A DNA stretch of 61,555 nucleotides, filler included, from Choristocarpus tenellus KU-1152 (Eukaryota; Protista; Phaeophyceae): the NCBI GenBank assembly GCA_964200185.2. It is 8 parts of 8 records of this genome, joined end to end, with 100 filler letters (N's around TTAATTAATTAA, not from the genome) between each part and the next. Parts side by side here need not be neighbours in the genome. Positions count along the whole stretch, not along the records: positions 27,909 to 32,360 come from CAXNAD020014486.1; positions 32,461 to 41,189 come from CAXNAD020004398.1; positions 41,290 to 61,555 come from CAXNAD020000408.1; 5 more parts are not named here. The stretch is one strand, 5' to 3'. Each line of letters begins with the position of its first letter. Position 1 is the stretch's first letter. The notes beneath the pieces were generated by a model that saw only the letters and a program-made list of their open reading frames with translations, had not been told where the DNA came from and made no database searches. This document shows, piece after piece, positions 29,174 through 42,908 of the stretch. Both the position numbers and the translations under genes were made by a program.

Positions 29174-29714
29174 TGTTACAGGCGAATAGCGCGAGCATTT
29201 CTTCCCATGTCTTAGCAAACACGAACATTTTGTGACAAAGTTCTAGTGCGAGTGTTGTTTCTCGCATTCTAACAAGTGTGAACAATATACGATATTAGTA
29301 ACACATAGGTAGCCTTACAGAATAAATGATGATTTAATAGAAATACAGAGTAAGATTCGGAATGCATATGTAACATTTGATAAAGTCCCTAAGAAGTTGC
29401 AGAATAAAGGGTTTATGATTGGAGTGCATGTAGAGCAGTTGATAGAAGACCAAAGAAATTGGATGGACGATGAAAATAATAAGAGGGCTTTGGTCAATCC
29501 ATCACCCCACTTATGCACCAGTCTTTATTTTTTATCTTGAACGAAACTTTGAGTCGAGCTTTGAGCTAAGCACTGAGTGGAATATGAAGAAGAGAAGGAC
29601 ACCTGACACCGTACTAACTGTTATAAAGGACAACGCCCCCATAGCGTCATTTTAAAGTCGTCGGAATCGAGTTGTACCTCCTGTGGAGGTGAGTTCTGAG
29701 GGGCGCCTGTAACA
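29174..29714 (+). mobile_element. 5' LTR (541 bp) of an LTR retrotransposon
   Basis: Perfect 11-bp inverted termini TGTTACAGGCG/CGCCTGTAACA; homologous to the solo LTR at 128-589; immediately followed by a PBS. Confidence 0.9.
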
Positions 29715-29728
29715 TGGAGGTCCTACCG
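29715..29728 (+). promoter_or_regulatory. Primer-binding site, probably tRNA-Gln
   Basis: TGGAGGTCCTACCG directly after the LTR; complementary to the typical eukaryotic tRNA-Gln 3' end (…CGGUGGGACCUCCA) with one G-U pair. Confidence 0.75.
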
Positions 29729-29729
29729 C

Positions 29730-30440
29730 CTCTCTTCAAACTGGAGAGAATACTCCGTATTCACCTCAACACTTAGGATTCTTTGTAGCTTCCTACGCCC
29801 GCCCGGATTCTTTTCCTGTCCCACTTGGGTTTGTGATCTTCATTCGGCGTCTGCGGGGATTTCATCTTAGCCTCGTTGTCTCCGTGGGTTTGATGGCATC
29901 TGTGGCTCCGAGGGAACCATCATCCTTCATTGTTGTACAATGAGTGGTCTCTGACCGCCACATCACCCACCTATAGTCGTAAACGAGTGGTGTTTGACCG
30001 CCATGGTATAGACGCTGCCTAGGTAGTTCTTCCTTGCCATTGATACACTCACATTCCTGATCTGTTTTTCGTGTATCACACTGTTCATTTATTCCACAGG
30101 TTCCGCCGGGAATCAGTGATTCGGAGATGTTCCTGCCCAAGGCCAGACTTGCGAGAACTCTTGCAGCAGTCTTGACGGATTAACGTGTTTATGCATCGCG
30201 TCCACGCATCAATAACTTCACCCCTTTCCACATCGAGCTCGTCGAAAACTCGTGTCTGACTTTCTTAGGACACACAGCGGTCCTTTCAGGTGCTTCGACT
30301 GCAATCGACGTCCCACGCATCAAAGGGAAGCTCTTACAGGTCCGTTGAGACGACGTTACGGCAACTGAGTGGTTCATATTTCGGTGAGAGAATGCACCCT
30401 TTTTGGATGGCCAGCCGAAAATCGTGGTAAAGGTTGCCAT
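29730..30440 (-). pseudogene. Antisense ORF relic inside the LTR element
   Basis: ATG at 30440 after an A-rich leader; ORFs 30440-30189 and 30140-29862 are in the same frame, separated by stops. Confidence 0.35.
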
Positions 30441-30917
30441 GTGTTATTTTTTTTTAATGAGAGAGAAAAGTGTGACGCGAAAGACTGCGGCCATACCACT
30501 ATCGAGCGTATACGGTAGACTTGTGGATGCCTCATATATGTAAAGCTTGTTTGGGGGGGGATATATAGGTGAAGATCAACTCATTGATTTATACTAACGA
30601 GCCCAGCTCTCCTATCCAAAGTCCTACCCAGATCAAATTTCCCTCTATTCTCTATATATTGTATATTGTATATTGTATATTGTATATGTGGAAAGCATGT
30701 TTGCCTGCTATTATACCGTTATTTCCGTATGCCATATACCGTTATACCGTGGTACCAATTGAGATTCCCAGTCAAGAGTCCATGATTTCACTGACAGACG
30801 TTCTGTCAGAATGAAACCATGGAATCTCTTCATATGACCAATCCCATAGACTTGGGACAGCTCGTCATTCAGAGTTGTCACACATGGAAGATCCGCTTTA
30901 TTCCCACGTCTTGACTG

Positions 30918-31796
30918 ATGATGAAGCCCCATCTCGATGATGCTCATCACTCCTCAGTTTTGCACTGGTCCAACCTTAACCTCGTACCCTCGGTTACGGT
31001 TCGTCCTTATTTGTGTGGTCCGTCTTGCCCGGTGATTCTCTTTACCACCCTTGCCCGAGTGAACCACACCACCACAGAATCACACGATTCACATTGGCGA
31101 CACCGGTGTCCTCAGAAATAGGGTGACGGGGAATTTCTGTTTGACCATGGACGCAAGATACCGAACTCAAGATCAAGGCGAAGAGATCATGCACAAGAGC
31201 GCAGAACTCCAGATCTGGTGCCATCCAGAGCACCAGAAAACGAGGTTCAAGGTCACGAGTCCATGGAAGACATGGAGTCTTCCACCCATCTTGATTCTGA
31301 CTCGTCTAGTATCGAATCGACGTCATCCAGTACTACCACACTTGCTGAACATAGACGCGGTTCCCCCCCTTCCCCTCTTACAGATCGGCAGGCGAATGCC
31401 AGACCCGTGTCGTCGACCCTTGAGCATCGTGTTAGCTCGGGCGACCGTGACACTCGTTGGGTCCTGTTTCAGGAAGAACCGGACCCGCCTCCAAGTTCTA
31501 CTACTTGTGAGGTAGCCATTTCGCAGGCCAAGGTCGGTGATGCTGTACCAGCGTTCATCGCGCACCACGTCAACGAGTACGCAAGAACAAACACCGTGCC
31601 TCCTGAATGGCTTCAGGACCTGATGAAACTCCAACTTCGGGGAACGGGCACCGATCACGTAAGATCCCTTGAACAGAGTACAGTGGGTTACCCGATTTTG
31701 TTCACCGAGGGGTATGCCCGAAAAAAGCAGAACAAAATTGATGTGGTACAAAACCGGGCATCCGACTATGTGCCAAATGGTACAATATCGGGATAA
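30918..31796 (+). CDS. Sense ORF in the LTR element (gag position), interrupted by one stop
   Basis: 30918-31121 and 31122-31796 are in one frame with a single TAG between them; Ser/Pro-rich N-part and helical C-part. No gag zinc knuckle or pol motifs visible. Confidence 0.4.
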
Positions 31797-31895
31797 TTTT
31801 TAAAGAAGGATTGCACACCTCTGACCACTACGACTAGTAATTGTGGTAATCGTATCATTGAGCTAATCTTGGAGAGTTTCAAGACTTAGTCGTAG

Positions 31896-32263
31896 AATCG
31901 ACTAATAATCGTGGCATTCCTGGGAAATCAATCATCGAATCGACTAACAATCTTGGCATTCCTGGGAAATCAATCGTAGAATCGACTAACAATCTTGTCA
32001 TTCCTGGGAAATCAATCGTAGAATCGATTAAATAATCGTAGCTAGCTGGGAAATCAATCGTGAAATCGACTAATTAATCGTGGCGAGCTGGGAAATCAAT
32101 CGTGGAATCGACTAATTAATTGTGGTGAGCTGGGAAATCAATCGTCAAATTGACTAATTAATTGTGGTGAGCTGGGAAATCAATCGTCGAAGCGACTAAG
32201 TAATCGTGGTGAGCTGGGAAATCAATTGTGGAATCGACTAACTAATTGTGGTGAGCTGGGAAA
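31896..32263. repeat. 42-bp tandem repeat, about 9 units
   Basis: Unit approximates AATCGACTAATTAATCGTGGTGAGCTGGGAAATCAATCGTGG with constant period 42 (31896, 31938, ...). Confidence 0.92.
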
Positions 32264-34732
32264 AAAACGTTGTCATGCGGTGCTCACCAGGCGCGAGGTA
32301 TGTTTGCCGGGGTAGCACCCAGTAGAACAGTCCTGTCTCATCCATGTTGAAGATATTATCNNNNNNNNNNNNNNNNNNNNNNNNNNNNNNNNNNNNNNNN
32401 NNNNTTAATTAATTAANNNNNNNNNNNNNNNNNNNNNNNNNNNNNNNNNNNNNNNNNNNNTCAATACTTATATGCGCTCAGTGGTAGCTTCATCTTCTAC
32501 TTGGTGACGATAGGAATAATTGATAAACAATTTAATAAAATGGGAAAATATCACTTCTTCTCAGTCAGTCAACCATCCATAGTGACGAAACGCCGCCCCG
32601 AAAAAAACTACTTCGAAGTACTATTTTTTTCTACCACCTCCTCCACCATCGACAATCAAACGAAATCATTGCCGCCCCCTCGCACTGTCCTACTACCACC
32701 TTCAGCATGGATCCCCATTCAAAAAGTGGCCCTTAAAAAGTGCCGCAACATTTACAAAAACAAACATATGGGCACTTTCCACGCACCATTTTGGGTCAAA
32801 CTCATCCTCCATAATAGTATGCTCCATCCTCAATTTTGGTGAGAGGCTGTTTTAGGCCTTGACTCACCACACCTCACCTTAGAGTGGATTTTCCACATTT
32901 TAAGGTAAGTTCGCCATTAAGGTGAGTGAAATTGAGCTGGGACATGCTACCTTAAAGTGATTCCACTACTACAGTATCAACAAATCAATGTCACTGTCAG
33001 GCGTCTACATGAAAACGTAGTACTCACGATACAGTAGTAATCGTATAATGTCCAGGTTATCTGCATCCAAACCATAAACTTACAACAGGAAAAATATATT
33101 TTACGTCATACATATTTGTGGAATGTGTGGAATTTTGGAAGCAAGATTAACCACCTTTTATAATGACAAGGACATAGGTAGTGCTTATTGAGGCCTTGTT
33201 CCTCCGTCACAAGTGTCTCTCTCCGAATGGCACACCTCTTTGACCAAATGTATTTATCCTGTTGGTTGAATATGACGTCTGTGCGTGTATGATAGCTCCA
33301 AGGCGCACAATGCACCAAAACATCCTACTATTGAAGGTTGTGTGCATCATTTAAGTGTAGGTATGAGGTCAAGTCATTGAAAAAAAGGAATGCAACAAAA
33401 AATATTGCTGATTCTGTACAAAAACGTCCACTCTACATCCAATAGAGTTTCTTGCACCTCCTTCCTCACAACTTACAAACTTGAATATGTAAAATACCAT
33501 TGTCGAATCCTTCACTTCATCACCAGCTCTTTCTGATGAACACATGGCAAGAGCTGTATCAAAATGTTCTCCTTGAGTGAGAACTCACGTGTTGAACTAT
33601 GAAACATTTTACAGCAAACACCACCAGAACGTTACCCCCACCCTACATCAATCCCGACACGCCCTAATGCAACAAATTCAGCAAAATAACCAAGGGAAAT
33701 GGGGGGGTCTACAGAACATGTGAGATCAAATCGCGAGCACGCCTATTACTTTATCACTCAGAAATGGTGTAGTTGCACAATGATCAACTTGAGTGCTTGT
33801 TGCACGACTGAGTACTGATCAGCATAACATTTACCTTTCAAATGTGGGACAAGTGTTTTCCCAGCGCCACCTGACATGCACAAAACCTGTAACTGATACC
33901 TAGAGTAACCCCCCTCCCCTCCCAGGAAGTATCAAGTGGATATGGTAGGGGCAGTAAATTCATCAAAAAAAGGGGGGACATCCACTATCCATCACAAAGA
34001 ACTTTCTTATGCAGTGGCATGACCGATCGGCATCATACAGCTTAAATTTGCATAATCAATATAGAATTACAACTGAAGGGTAGACTATTCCCTAAAATGT
34101 TGAAACTATCTTTCATGTGGTAGCAATGCCATGTGTTTTCCACCTCTGATGTAAGTATTACCTGACCATGTGAGGGGAGATACATGAAACCCCCGCTCTT
34201 CAACAATTCCAGAAAGAATATAACTAACTAAAAACAAAATCAGAAACTGCATGCATGGACCATCAGCCTAGATACCCCTAACAAGAAAACTAGGTAAAGC
34301 AACATCTATAGGAGCACCATTGAATTGCATCCTCACCCTAGAAGAGACCTAACCCTAAGTTGTACACCAATAAAGGACACAAATGATCAAATCAAGTGCA
34401 ACCAAAGTCATCCCTTGACTATCATCGGCAACAGATACTTGTGTACACCACCAGTGGCACTAGTAGCTACAACCACAATGGATGTAACAGACAGTACAAT
34501 GGCAGTGGAGGGTCAATCTGAAAACATCACTATCCGTAAGTTCTACCATATCTCCCCCTTCTTGCCATTGTAATGACATCAATCTAGCCCTCTAAGAGAG
34601 GCCCAAACAAAGTAGAGGCCAGACAGGATCTCTTACCTAGATAGATACCTACCCAGCTATGTCAAGATGCTGTGGAATAAATAATGATAAAACATACTAT
34701 TCTTCCATCGTAATGTTTCTCATCCAACTGTG

Positions 34733-37700
34733 CTACCATTGTGTGCCCTTGTCCTTATCCTGAGCCTCTTGCGGTATTGCATTCTCCATTGTAGTGACCT
34801 CAGGTGGTGTGCAACATGCATCTAGGTCAAGAACAACCTCATCTCTTGCTGTGGATGCACCCTCTTCTGCCATGTGCAAAGACTTCACTTGTGAAGAGGA
34901 ATTTCCAATGTCTTTCTCCCTTGACATGTTTGCAAGGGCCATGTTTGACATTGAACCAGGAAGACTGTCATGCCATTACAAGGATAACACAGTCAGGTAA
35001 AAAAAAAGGGACAGGAGGATAATGTCATGAATTTGCCTGACCTTGAATTGCTTCCACTGAACCGTTGCATGTGCCTAAAAACTGTTTAAAACAAATCTCC
35101 ATCCCTTCCTGCTGCAACTTCACCTCAACTCCATTGTCTCATAGTTTTCCTCCCAATTTAGCAAGGTACACCTAACCCTAACTCTAACCCTTGCTGCAGC
35201 AAAACACAACTATTAGTAACACTGTGCTGTACCAGTGCAGTGTTGGGGATCAATACAAGTAACAGCCTTTCTCCACAAAGTGTCAAATCCCTATTACCAG
35301 CAATTCGCCTTAAGGAGGCAATGCTGTGTCAGTACCTTTGTAGCATACATACACAAATGTACATACAAAATTCCAGGAAACCAATTTTCAATCTCTAGGC
35401 AAGCACAGCTGTACACAGCTTGCAGGCATTGATCTTCCTGCCGACTAAATGAATAGTCATAGAACCAGAATCGGACAAATCCAGCCCTGTCTTTCTAAGA
35501 CAAATTAAGCCAACCTAAAAATGAACTACCCCTAATCCCAACACTAAGAAACCCGATCACACTAGAAGGGTACTTCAATCACACAGCCCACCCCCTCCCC
35601 ACCTGAGTTCAGAGTAGCCAACCTTCCAGGCCCTCTCTACCCCTGCAGCATTGATCTCTACCACTGTCTCTGGGTCACGTTCCCCAGTTTGCCCTGCAAT
35701 CCTGGCAGCAGTAGGTAACGCTGACGTTGTTGGCAGCTCAGAGGTCTCTATTTCACGGAGGCGAGCCCTGTTTTTTGTTTTCCGCGTATGACGTTATTTT
35801 ATTGGACAATGGAAAGTAAGACCATTGTTAGGGTTAGACTATTATTAGAGTCTGGGGCAATAGTGCAGTTTCTAATTTGACTGCACACCTTGTTCTCAAC
35901 ACACCATTGTGAGCTTAGGGTTAGCACTATGCTCACAATTTCAATGCCCCTAGTTGGTACCTTGGGTTGAGTTTGGACATGTTTACTATTTTTTGAGCTT
36001 CAATTACATCTACCAGACTGATTTTTCTCCATTTTGGGGAGTCTTCCTGCACTGCTCCTTTGGGGGTTAGTAGGGGACAGGGGTGCCCGACTCCCGGGAC
36101 TTAGGGCTAGGGTTAAATGTTCCACAGTTTTGAATCTAGCAGTAATTGCAACTATACCGTGGCTAACAATGCTTCAATAGGGTCAAGAGTCAGGGTTAGG
36201 GTTTGAAGTGGAAAATGTTAAAAAGAAAAAACTTAAATATCCCCTGGAGGGCAGTGAGACAAAAGTCTTACACATACTGACTTACATTTCTTTCTGACTA
36301 TAGGTAACAAAAGTATTAATTGTTGCAATGGCCAGTGATGTGAATTGTACTGTTACTTTGGTTACTTTTCTAACTGTTTAAAAAGAAAAGGAAATTGGCC
36401 CTTTGCACATATATTTTGATTCTTAAAAAGTACAAAAACATTTTAAAGTCATTTAACCCTAACCCTAACCCTAAGAAAAATTCAATTCAACTTCGTCAAT
36501 TCACAGCATCACTACAGATTTTACGTACAAGGCTAATTTTAAAAAATTGACATTTTTTCCTTTCTTTTTCTCCTTCCTGACTCTCATCTCCCTAACCCTC
36601 AGTGTCATAATTATTATTTTCTATTCTTGTTATTATAGTAGTCATGGGCTAGGGTTGGAGTTATATGACTTACCTCTTCCTAGCCTCAACAACAGCATCA
36701 TGCAGACCTAGAAAAAGATCCTTAGGAGGAATCACTTCATAGAACCCAGAGAGGTGAAGCATGTCACGCTGAGGACCTTTCCAGTTGGCACACAGAAGTG
36801 ATAGCCCGCGTTCATGATAGGCTTTTGCTACATGGATTAGCATGTCGATTGCACTTGCATCCAGCTGGTTGATAGAAGAGGCGTCTAACACAACTGTGTG
36901 CACTGGTACCCCCTGGTGTGGACTATCCTCCTGACAGATACACAATAAAATAACAACAATGTGCAAAATACCATTGTACTATTATAATGAGTATTGTGTA
37001 CTGATATTATTATTAACATAGACAAGTACAGCAATATAGGGGAAGAGAGGAGGACATTGGTGCCTGGATAACTACAGTAACGGTATCAATAATAAAATAA
37101 CATTAATTGACAAAACAAAATACCACTGTTAACAGTTTGTGCAACTAATTGTGTTGCTTAGGGTTAAGGTCAGTGTCAGACATAGCTTTTACATAATTCA
37201 ATGTCGGTTTTCCAATGTGCTCACCACATTGTCAATTGTTTCTACATAAAAAAACATACAAAATGAACACCTGGAAAAAAAGGCATCTTGCTAATTCAAA
37301 CCCATTTTTTTTCCTATTTTCATCGTACCAACCTGTGCCTGTACTATAGCTCAGTGCCAATAATAAGGTAAGCTCTATACGACATACCAGTGCCTTGAGT
37401 CGGGCCTCAAAGAAATCCTTGTTGGCAAAGTGAAGACTTGAGTCAAACCGGAATATTCGAATACCGGGTATCTCCTTAGCCATCAGGAAGCGCTTGATAT
37501 TCCTGTAGTCTCTAGTGCCTGGGAGGCGTCCCAGGATAGAGTTAGCAGGACGAGATGTTTGCACTAGCAGGTACACCAGGCTGATAAAGGAATTACAAGG
37601 GGGAAGAAGAGCAAGCAAGGGAGAAGGAGGGGTTCAGAGGAGTATATTTATAGTGCTTAAATATGATACTACTACTACTACTATGTGTCTCCAAGACAGT

Positions 37701-40700
37701 AACGGTCAGCACCAGGAGTTAGGGTTAGGGTTAGGGTTCATTCAAGTTTTTTTCCCTTGGCGTAGGGTTAGCGAGAATATTTTCTAATATTTTCTCTTTT
37801 CTTCTTACATGTCCAATACTCTCTTACTACACTTGTTCTATTGGGTTGGATAAGAAAAAAGAATATATAACAACACTAAAAATGTAATAGCATGACTAAG
37901 AAGAAGAGGGGGTAAAACCAGTCTAAGGGATAGGTGAATTAGAGTATTGTTCAAAAGCATGCAGATTGGTGAGGAGGACTTGTGAAGGGTACTGATTGGT
38001 CAACCATCATTTTGAACAACACACAGTGTTAATGCAACGCAAATGACTGTCCTTCATTGGTCAGTAAGGCTACCTTTGGGATACACAAGATGAAATAAGC
38101 AGATTGCAACAATATTGTAGGTCATAATTTGGGTTAGGGTTAGTAAGTAAAAAAAGGGATCAAGACTGCACCAAAATCACTCCAGTCCTGGTGTGTACAC
38201 TGAGGTTAGTGTTAGTGCTAGGGTTAGGGTTGATTGGCACGCATATTGTGATACAGTGTAGGACCTGCCCACATCTGAGCCTACTCCAAATTATTAGATT
38301 GAGTGAAGTATCTTAGGGTTAGGGTAGAGCCGCGTCCGTTTGTGGCCAAAACCCAATGTTGCTATTTTGACATAATTTTGGCTATCGTGTTTGTTAGGGT
38401 TAGGGTTTAACGAACAAAGAGAATCCTCAGATACAATATAACTTACCTATCATCACTTTACCGCTGCAACTAACAAATACATATTTTTATTTTGTCTCCT
38501 TTCAGACAGTCCTCACTTATACCCACACCTAACAATATACATTAACAAGAATAGTAATGAAATAAAAATATCAATAAATTAGTTTTAGGGTAAGGGTTAA
38601 TCATAAAGGTAGTACTAGCAATACAAAACAAAATTGACAGGAAAACTGAATGTTAGTATCACCTAAGAAACATCGACCAATCAGAAAAAATAACCCTAAC
38701 CCTACACACACATCAATACACCAAATTGTCAGGGTTTTTTATTATTATTTCTACCACAGTAAACCCATTGGTCCTAACCCTAACCCCCAAATGTCTAACC
38801 CATTACCAACCTCACGATCACACTGACAGCGATGCCAACAATGGCACCACCCATGGTGGTGACCCAGAACGACACACTCCACAGCATGAAGTCTGGCTTG
38901 TTTAGGTGGTACAGTCGACGGGCCTCAGAGAAGTTGATCATTTTGAACACTCCAAACATCACCTGCCAAGTGTGTATGTATGTATTTTAGAACACCATTA
39001 ACTTACTAACCCTAACCCTAGTGTCATCTGGCACTAGTGAAACCCTAACCCTATATATAATGTGTATTAGTGACTTTTAGCCACCTCCCAAGACGAGTTA
39101 ATAGATGAGTTGGTAATAGTATGGCTGAACCAACAATAAACAAAAGACAGCTTAATAAAAAAACAAATCCGTGCAATCAACTCACTCTTCTTTAATTTTA
39201 GTTATTTCACACATAAACAAGGTTGTGGAAGCAAAAGCAATGTACTCAAAAGCACCAAGGATGCCCCAAAAACACTTGAAGACTAAACTGCAGGTTAGAA
39301 ATCTTGAGGTACCATCATGGTCCAAGAAAGAATACCAAGATGAATTTACTTTCTATACTGCACCCCTCAAAATCCTAACCCTAACCCCAACACCATACCA
39401 AACAAAAAGAAAGGCATATTCTGCATGACCACAAGAGTCTGGCACAAGGAAAGGGGATAGCATGAACACTGACATCAACACAAGGTTAGCCTCATCCCAA
39501 AACCAGCTACAGCCCCCCCCCATCCTTGTTGTGCTATCCAACAACCAAGGCAACTGAACCTTAACCCTAACTCTAAATTGAATCGGTAACAGTGAAGGGG
39601 AATGTCATACGCCTCCTACAAGAAGGAACTACACATGACACTCCAAAATCATAAACTCAATAGGCACAGCATAGTATATATAACTCTAACATACCTTCAC
39701 GTGGTTTCTTCAACATCACCTCAAACAAAATAATAATAGTAACAATGATAATAATAATAATAAGGGGAATGGGGGAGGTGCACATGCCAGGTATAGAGTT
39801 TGTGCTGCTCACATTCAATCAATATACATTTTTTAAATAGTGACAACGAAGCCTTGGTTGCAACATGATAAACAATCATATAAATATTCTCACCACAGAG
39901 CCAAGGATGCTGGTGGGGAGAGTATAGAGAAGAGGCGTTATTGCCACCAGAACCAACATGATAAGTAGCACCGCTGGTATACCATGCATTCTGGTCTTGC
40001 ACTCTACAGACTGTACCACTGAGGTACGACTCAGAGAACCAGAGGCTGGATACGCCTTGAAGATTGAACCAAGCACATTGGCTAAGGACATGGCCACCAG
40101 CTCCTGGAGAAGGGAGAGGGTTAGGGTGGATTGTACCACAAATAATGAAACTAGAAGATAAAAGTACTGCACGCCCTGCGCAAAAATATATATAATATAA
40201 TATAATATAATATAATCTAACCCTAATACCGTAAAGTATTATACTGTCTAGATGAACTGTCTCCCCCAAGAGATATCAATTGATTAGGGTTAGGGTTAGG
40301 GTTAGGGGTGCTTTTTTCTCTCGATTGGTAACTGTTCTCAACCATCCCCACACCTCGCAAATAGACCAAATTTAACTAATGTAACTAATGCGCAATAGGA
40401 CTAACCAAAATGTAACAAATGGTTCCTCTTAGCAAATCTAAAGTGTGTGAGCAATTGACAGATCAATCCAGTGCCACCCACATACTATGAAGGAAGTGTT
40501 CAGTGTCTCCCCTTTTCTGAAGGTGACAGTTCAACCTTTCAAAGGACAGGACCTAACACTAACTCTAACCCAATCAAGACAAACGTGTACAAGGTAACCA
40601 TGCACTGTTATTATTCAATTAATATAAACTATAAACTTATTCCTTTGATATCACCTTAGGGTTAGGTCTCCAATGCAGAACAAACAAATAAGGTGCTATA

Positions 40701-41131
40701 AAAAACAAAAACAAATTTTCAATACACCCCCTAACCCTATTTTGTAGTCCTCACACTGGAAGTAACTGCAGCTAGTACCACAAATCAAACATACACTCTA
40801 CATATTAATAGTACATGGAAAGTGGTGCACACTAGTAGCACATGTTGCATACCTGGTCAGCGTTTATCTTGTACTCATTGTTGTTGAGGGTAGCAAAGGT
40901 CTTCCCAATAGAGATGCTAATGATGTATGTCATCAGCGCCACGAGCAGGCTTTGTATCACAAACTGGCCACCATAATCGGAAAACCCCCCCACATCCTCC
41001 ACCACTGGCAAAGATGGAAAAGCTGGCACAGGTAGACCAGAAGGGATACTTCCAAGAATCTTCACATTGGATGGACCTTTGTGGAAATTGGCTAGGTATG
41101 TCACCAGTGTAGCCAAAATAACAACCAGCAC
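34733..41131 (-). CDS. SLC26/SulP sulfate/anion transporter with STAS domain, 3' seven exons (5' part off contig)
   Basis: Exons 41131-40853, 40103-39894, 38962-38811, 37580-37388, 36930-36674, 35767-35603 and 34964-34733 are in phase. Motifs G.IPSGLP, DQELVAMSLAN, GSLSRTSV, RP...LGRLPGT, FRFDSSLHFAN, VVLDASSINQLDASA. Confidence 0.95.
38301..38406. mobile_element. MITE family B, left part, truncated at a TTAGGG tract
   Basis: GAGTGAAGTATCTTAGGGTTAGGGTAGAGCCGCGTCC...TTTGTTAGGGTTAGGGTTT, after which homology ends. Confidence 0.85.
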
Positions 41132-41434
41132 CTGGCAATACAAATAGGAAGGACAAAAGGGAAGGGGGGGGGGGGGGGGGGGAGAGTGTNNNNNNNNNNN
41201 NNNNNNNNNNNNNNNNNNNNNNNNNNNNNNNNNTTAATTAATTAANNNNNNNNNNNNNNNNNNNNNNNNNNNNNNNNNNNNNNNNNNNNGACAAGAGTGA
41301 AATGTAATTGGTTTTTGGTTAGGGTTGGGGTGGGGGTGGGGGTTGGGGTTACAGGTTGTTAGTTGTTAGTTTGTTGGTTGTATGTGATGAGTGGGAAAGG
41401 AATGCTTGGCAGTGTGTACTTTTTGATTTATTCT

Positions 41435-42142
41435 CCTATTACCACTGCTATTACCATTGCTATTACCATTCCTATTACCATTCCTATTATCATTCCTATC
41501 ATTATTGCTATTACCATTGCTATTACCATTCCTATTACCATTCCTATCGTCATTCCTATTACCATTGCTATTACCATTCCTATTATCATTCCTATCATCA
41601 TTCCTATTTCCATTCCTATTTCCATTCCTATTATCATTCCTATTATCATTCCTATTATCATCTATTACCATTCCTATCATCATTCCTTTTACCATTCCTA
41701 TTACCATTCCTATCATCATTCCCATTACCATTCCTATTGTTATCATTCCTATTTCCATTCCTATTATCATTCCTATTATCATTCCTATTATCATTCCTAT
41801 CATCCTTCCTATTATCATTCCTATTATCATTCCTATCATCATTCCTATTACCATTCCTATTACCATTCCTATTATCATTCCTATTATCATTCCTATTATC
41901 ATTCCTATCATCCTTCCTATTACCATTGCTATTATCATTCCTATTACCATTCCTATCATCATTCCTATTACCATTCCTATTACCATTCCTATTATCATTC
42001 CCATTACCATTCCTATTGTCATTCCTATCATCATTCCTATTACCATTCCTATTTCCATTCCTATTATCATTCCTATTATCATTCCTATTACCATTCCTAT
42101 CATCATTCCTATTACCATTCCTATTATCATTCCTATTACCAT
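41435..42142. repeat. 12-bp minisatellite (CATTCCTATTAY)n, about 59 units
   Basis: Direct reading; accounts for the low-complexity YYHS/IIIP/MIIG ORFs. Confidence 0.95.
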
Positions 42143-42908
42143 TTCAACCCGTTGACCACCACCCCACATTTGGTTAAGTGTGTTTTGTGCTTATCAAGAA
42201 AGTCTGTGGTTCACTGCATATATGAACCTCAATTGCATCCCTATTACCATTCCTATTATCATTCCTATATATTGCATCCCTATGATCATTCCTATATATA
42301 TTGGAGGTTTTTTCACCTTGTGGAGGCGGTGATGATGCCAGCGCTTGTGTAATCTGGTCAGATGAAGTGCTGTAGAACCAGGGTTTGGAGTTATTGTTTG
42401 CTGTAGTGGTCTGCAGTTGTACTGTAAGTTTGTTTAAATGTAAGGAATTTAAGCGATGGGTTTTCCTATCTGTTCTCATTTTCTGCCGAGAGATATGATA
42501 CAAAACTATTCTATTCTGCGAAGAACTTGAGCATCATTTATTCTTTTTCCATTTTGTTCTTTTTTATTTGGTGAAAAAATGGGAAGAAGAAATGAACTGC
42601 AAAAGAGATGAAGAGAACTGTTCTTTCCTGTCGACCTTTTCAAACTTTCTTTGGAAATTTCTGTTGACTCTTGGTTTCTTTTTTAGAGCTGACTGATGAT
42701 ACAGGTCTCACTCACCCTCCGAGTGAGTAGTCTTAGGGTTAGGGCCAGGTCTAGCGGTCGATCTGTTTTTTCCCCTGGAAGGAATATATTGGGTGGAAGT
42801 GTAAACGTCCCTTCCAGAATTTTCCAGAAAAAAATTCTCCTTTTTCTGACGCAATGCAATCCAACTGCTTGTCTTTGTACTACTTCACCACTCTAACACC
42901 TTTCTCAG

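Noticed and set aside
29300-29655. Protein-like frames continuing the 28-kb ORF relic
   Set aside because: They lie inside the LTR, and the homologous solo LTR has indels that break these frames.
31896-32263. CRISPR-like appearance of the 42-bp array (and the 55-bp array at 2834-3153)
   Set aside because: No unique spacers, whole units are homologous, no cas-like genes are visible, and the context is eukaryotic.
41356-42352. Long ORFs of 232-329 aa (YYHS, IIIP, MIIG repeats)
   Set aside because: By-products of a 12-bp minisatellite; open on both strands.
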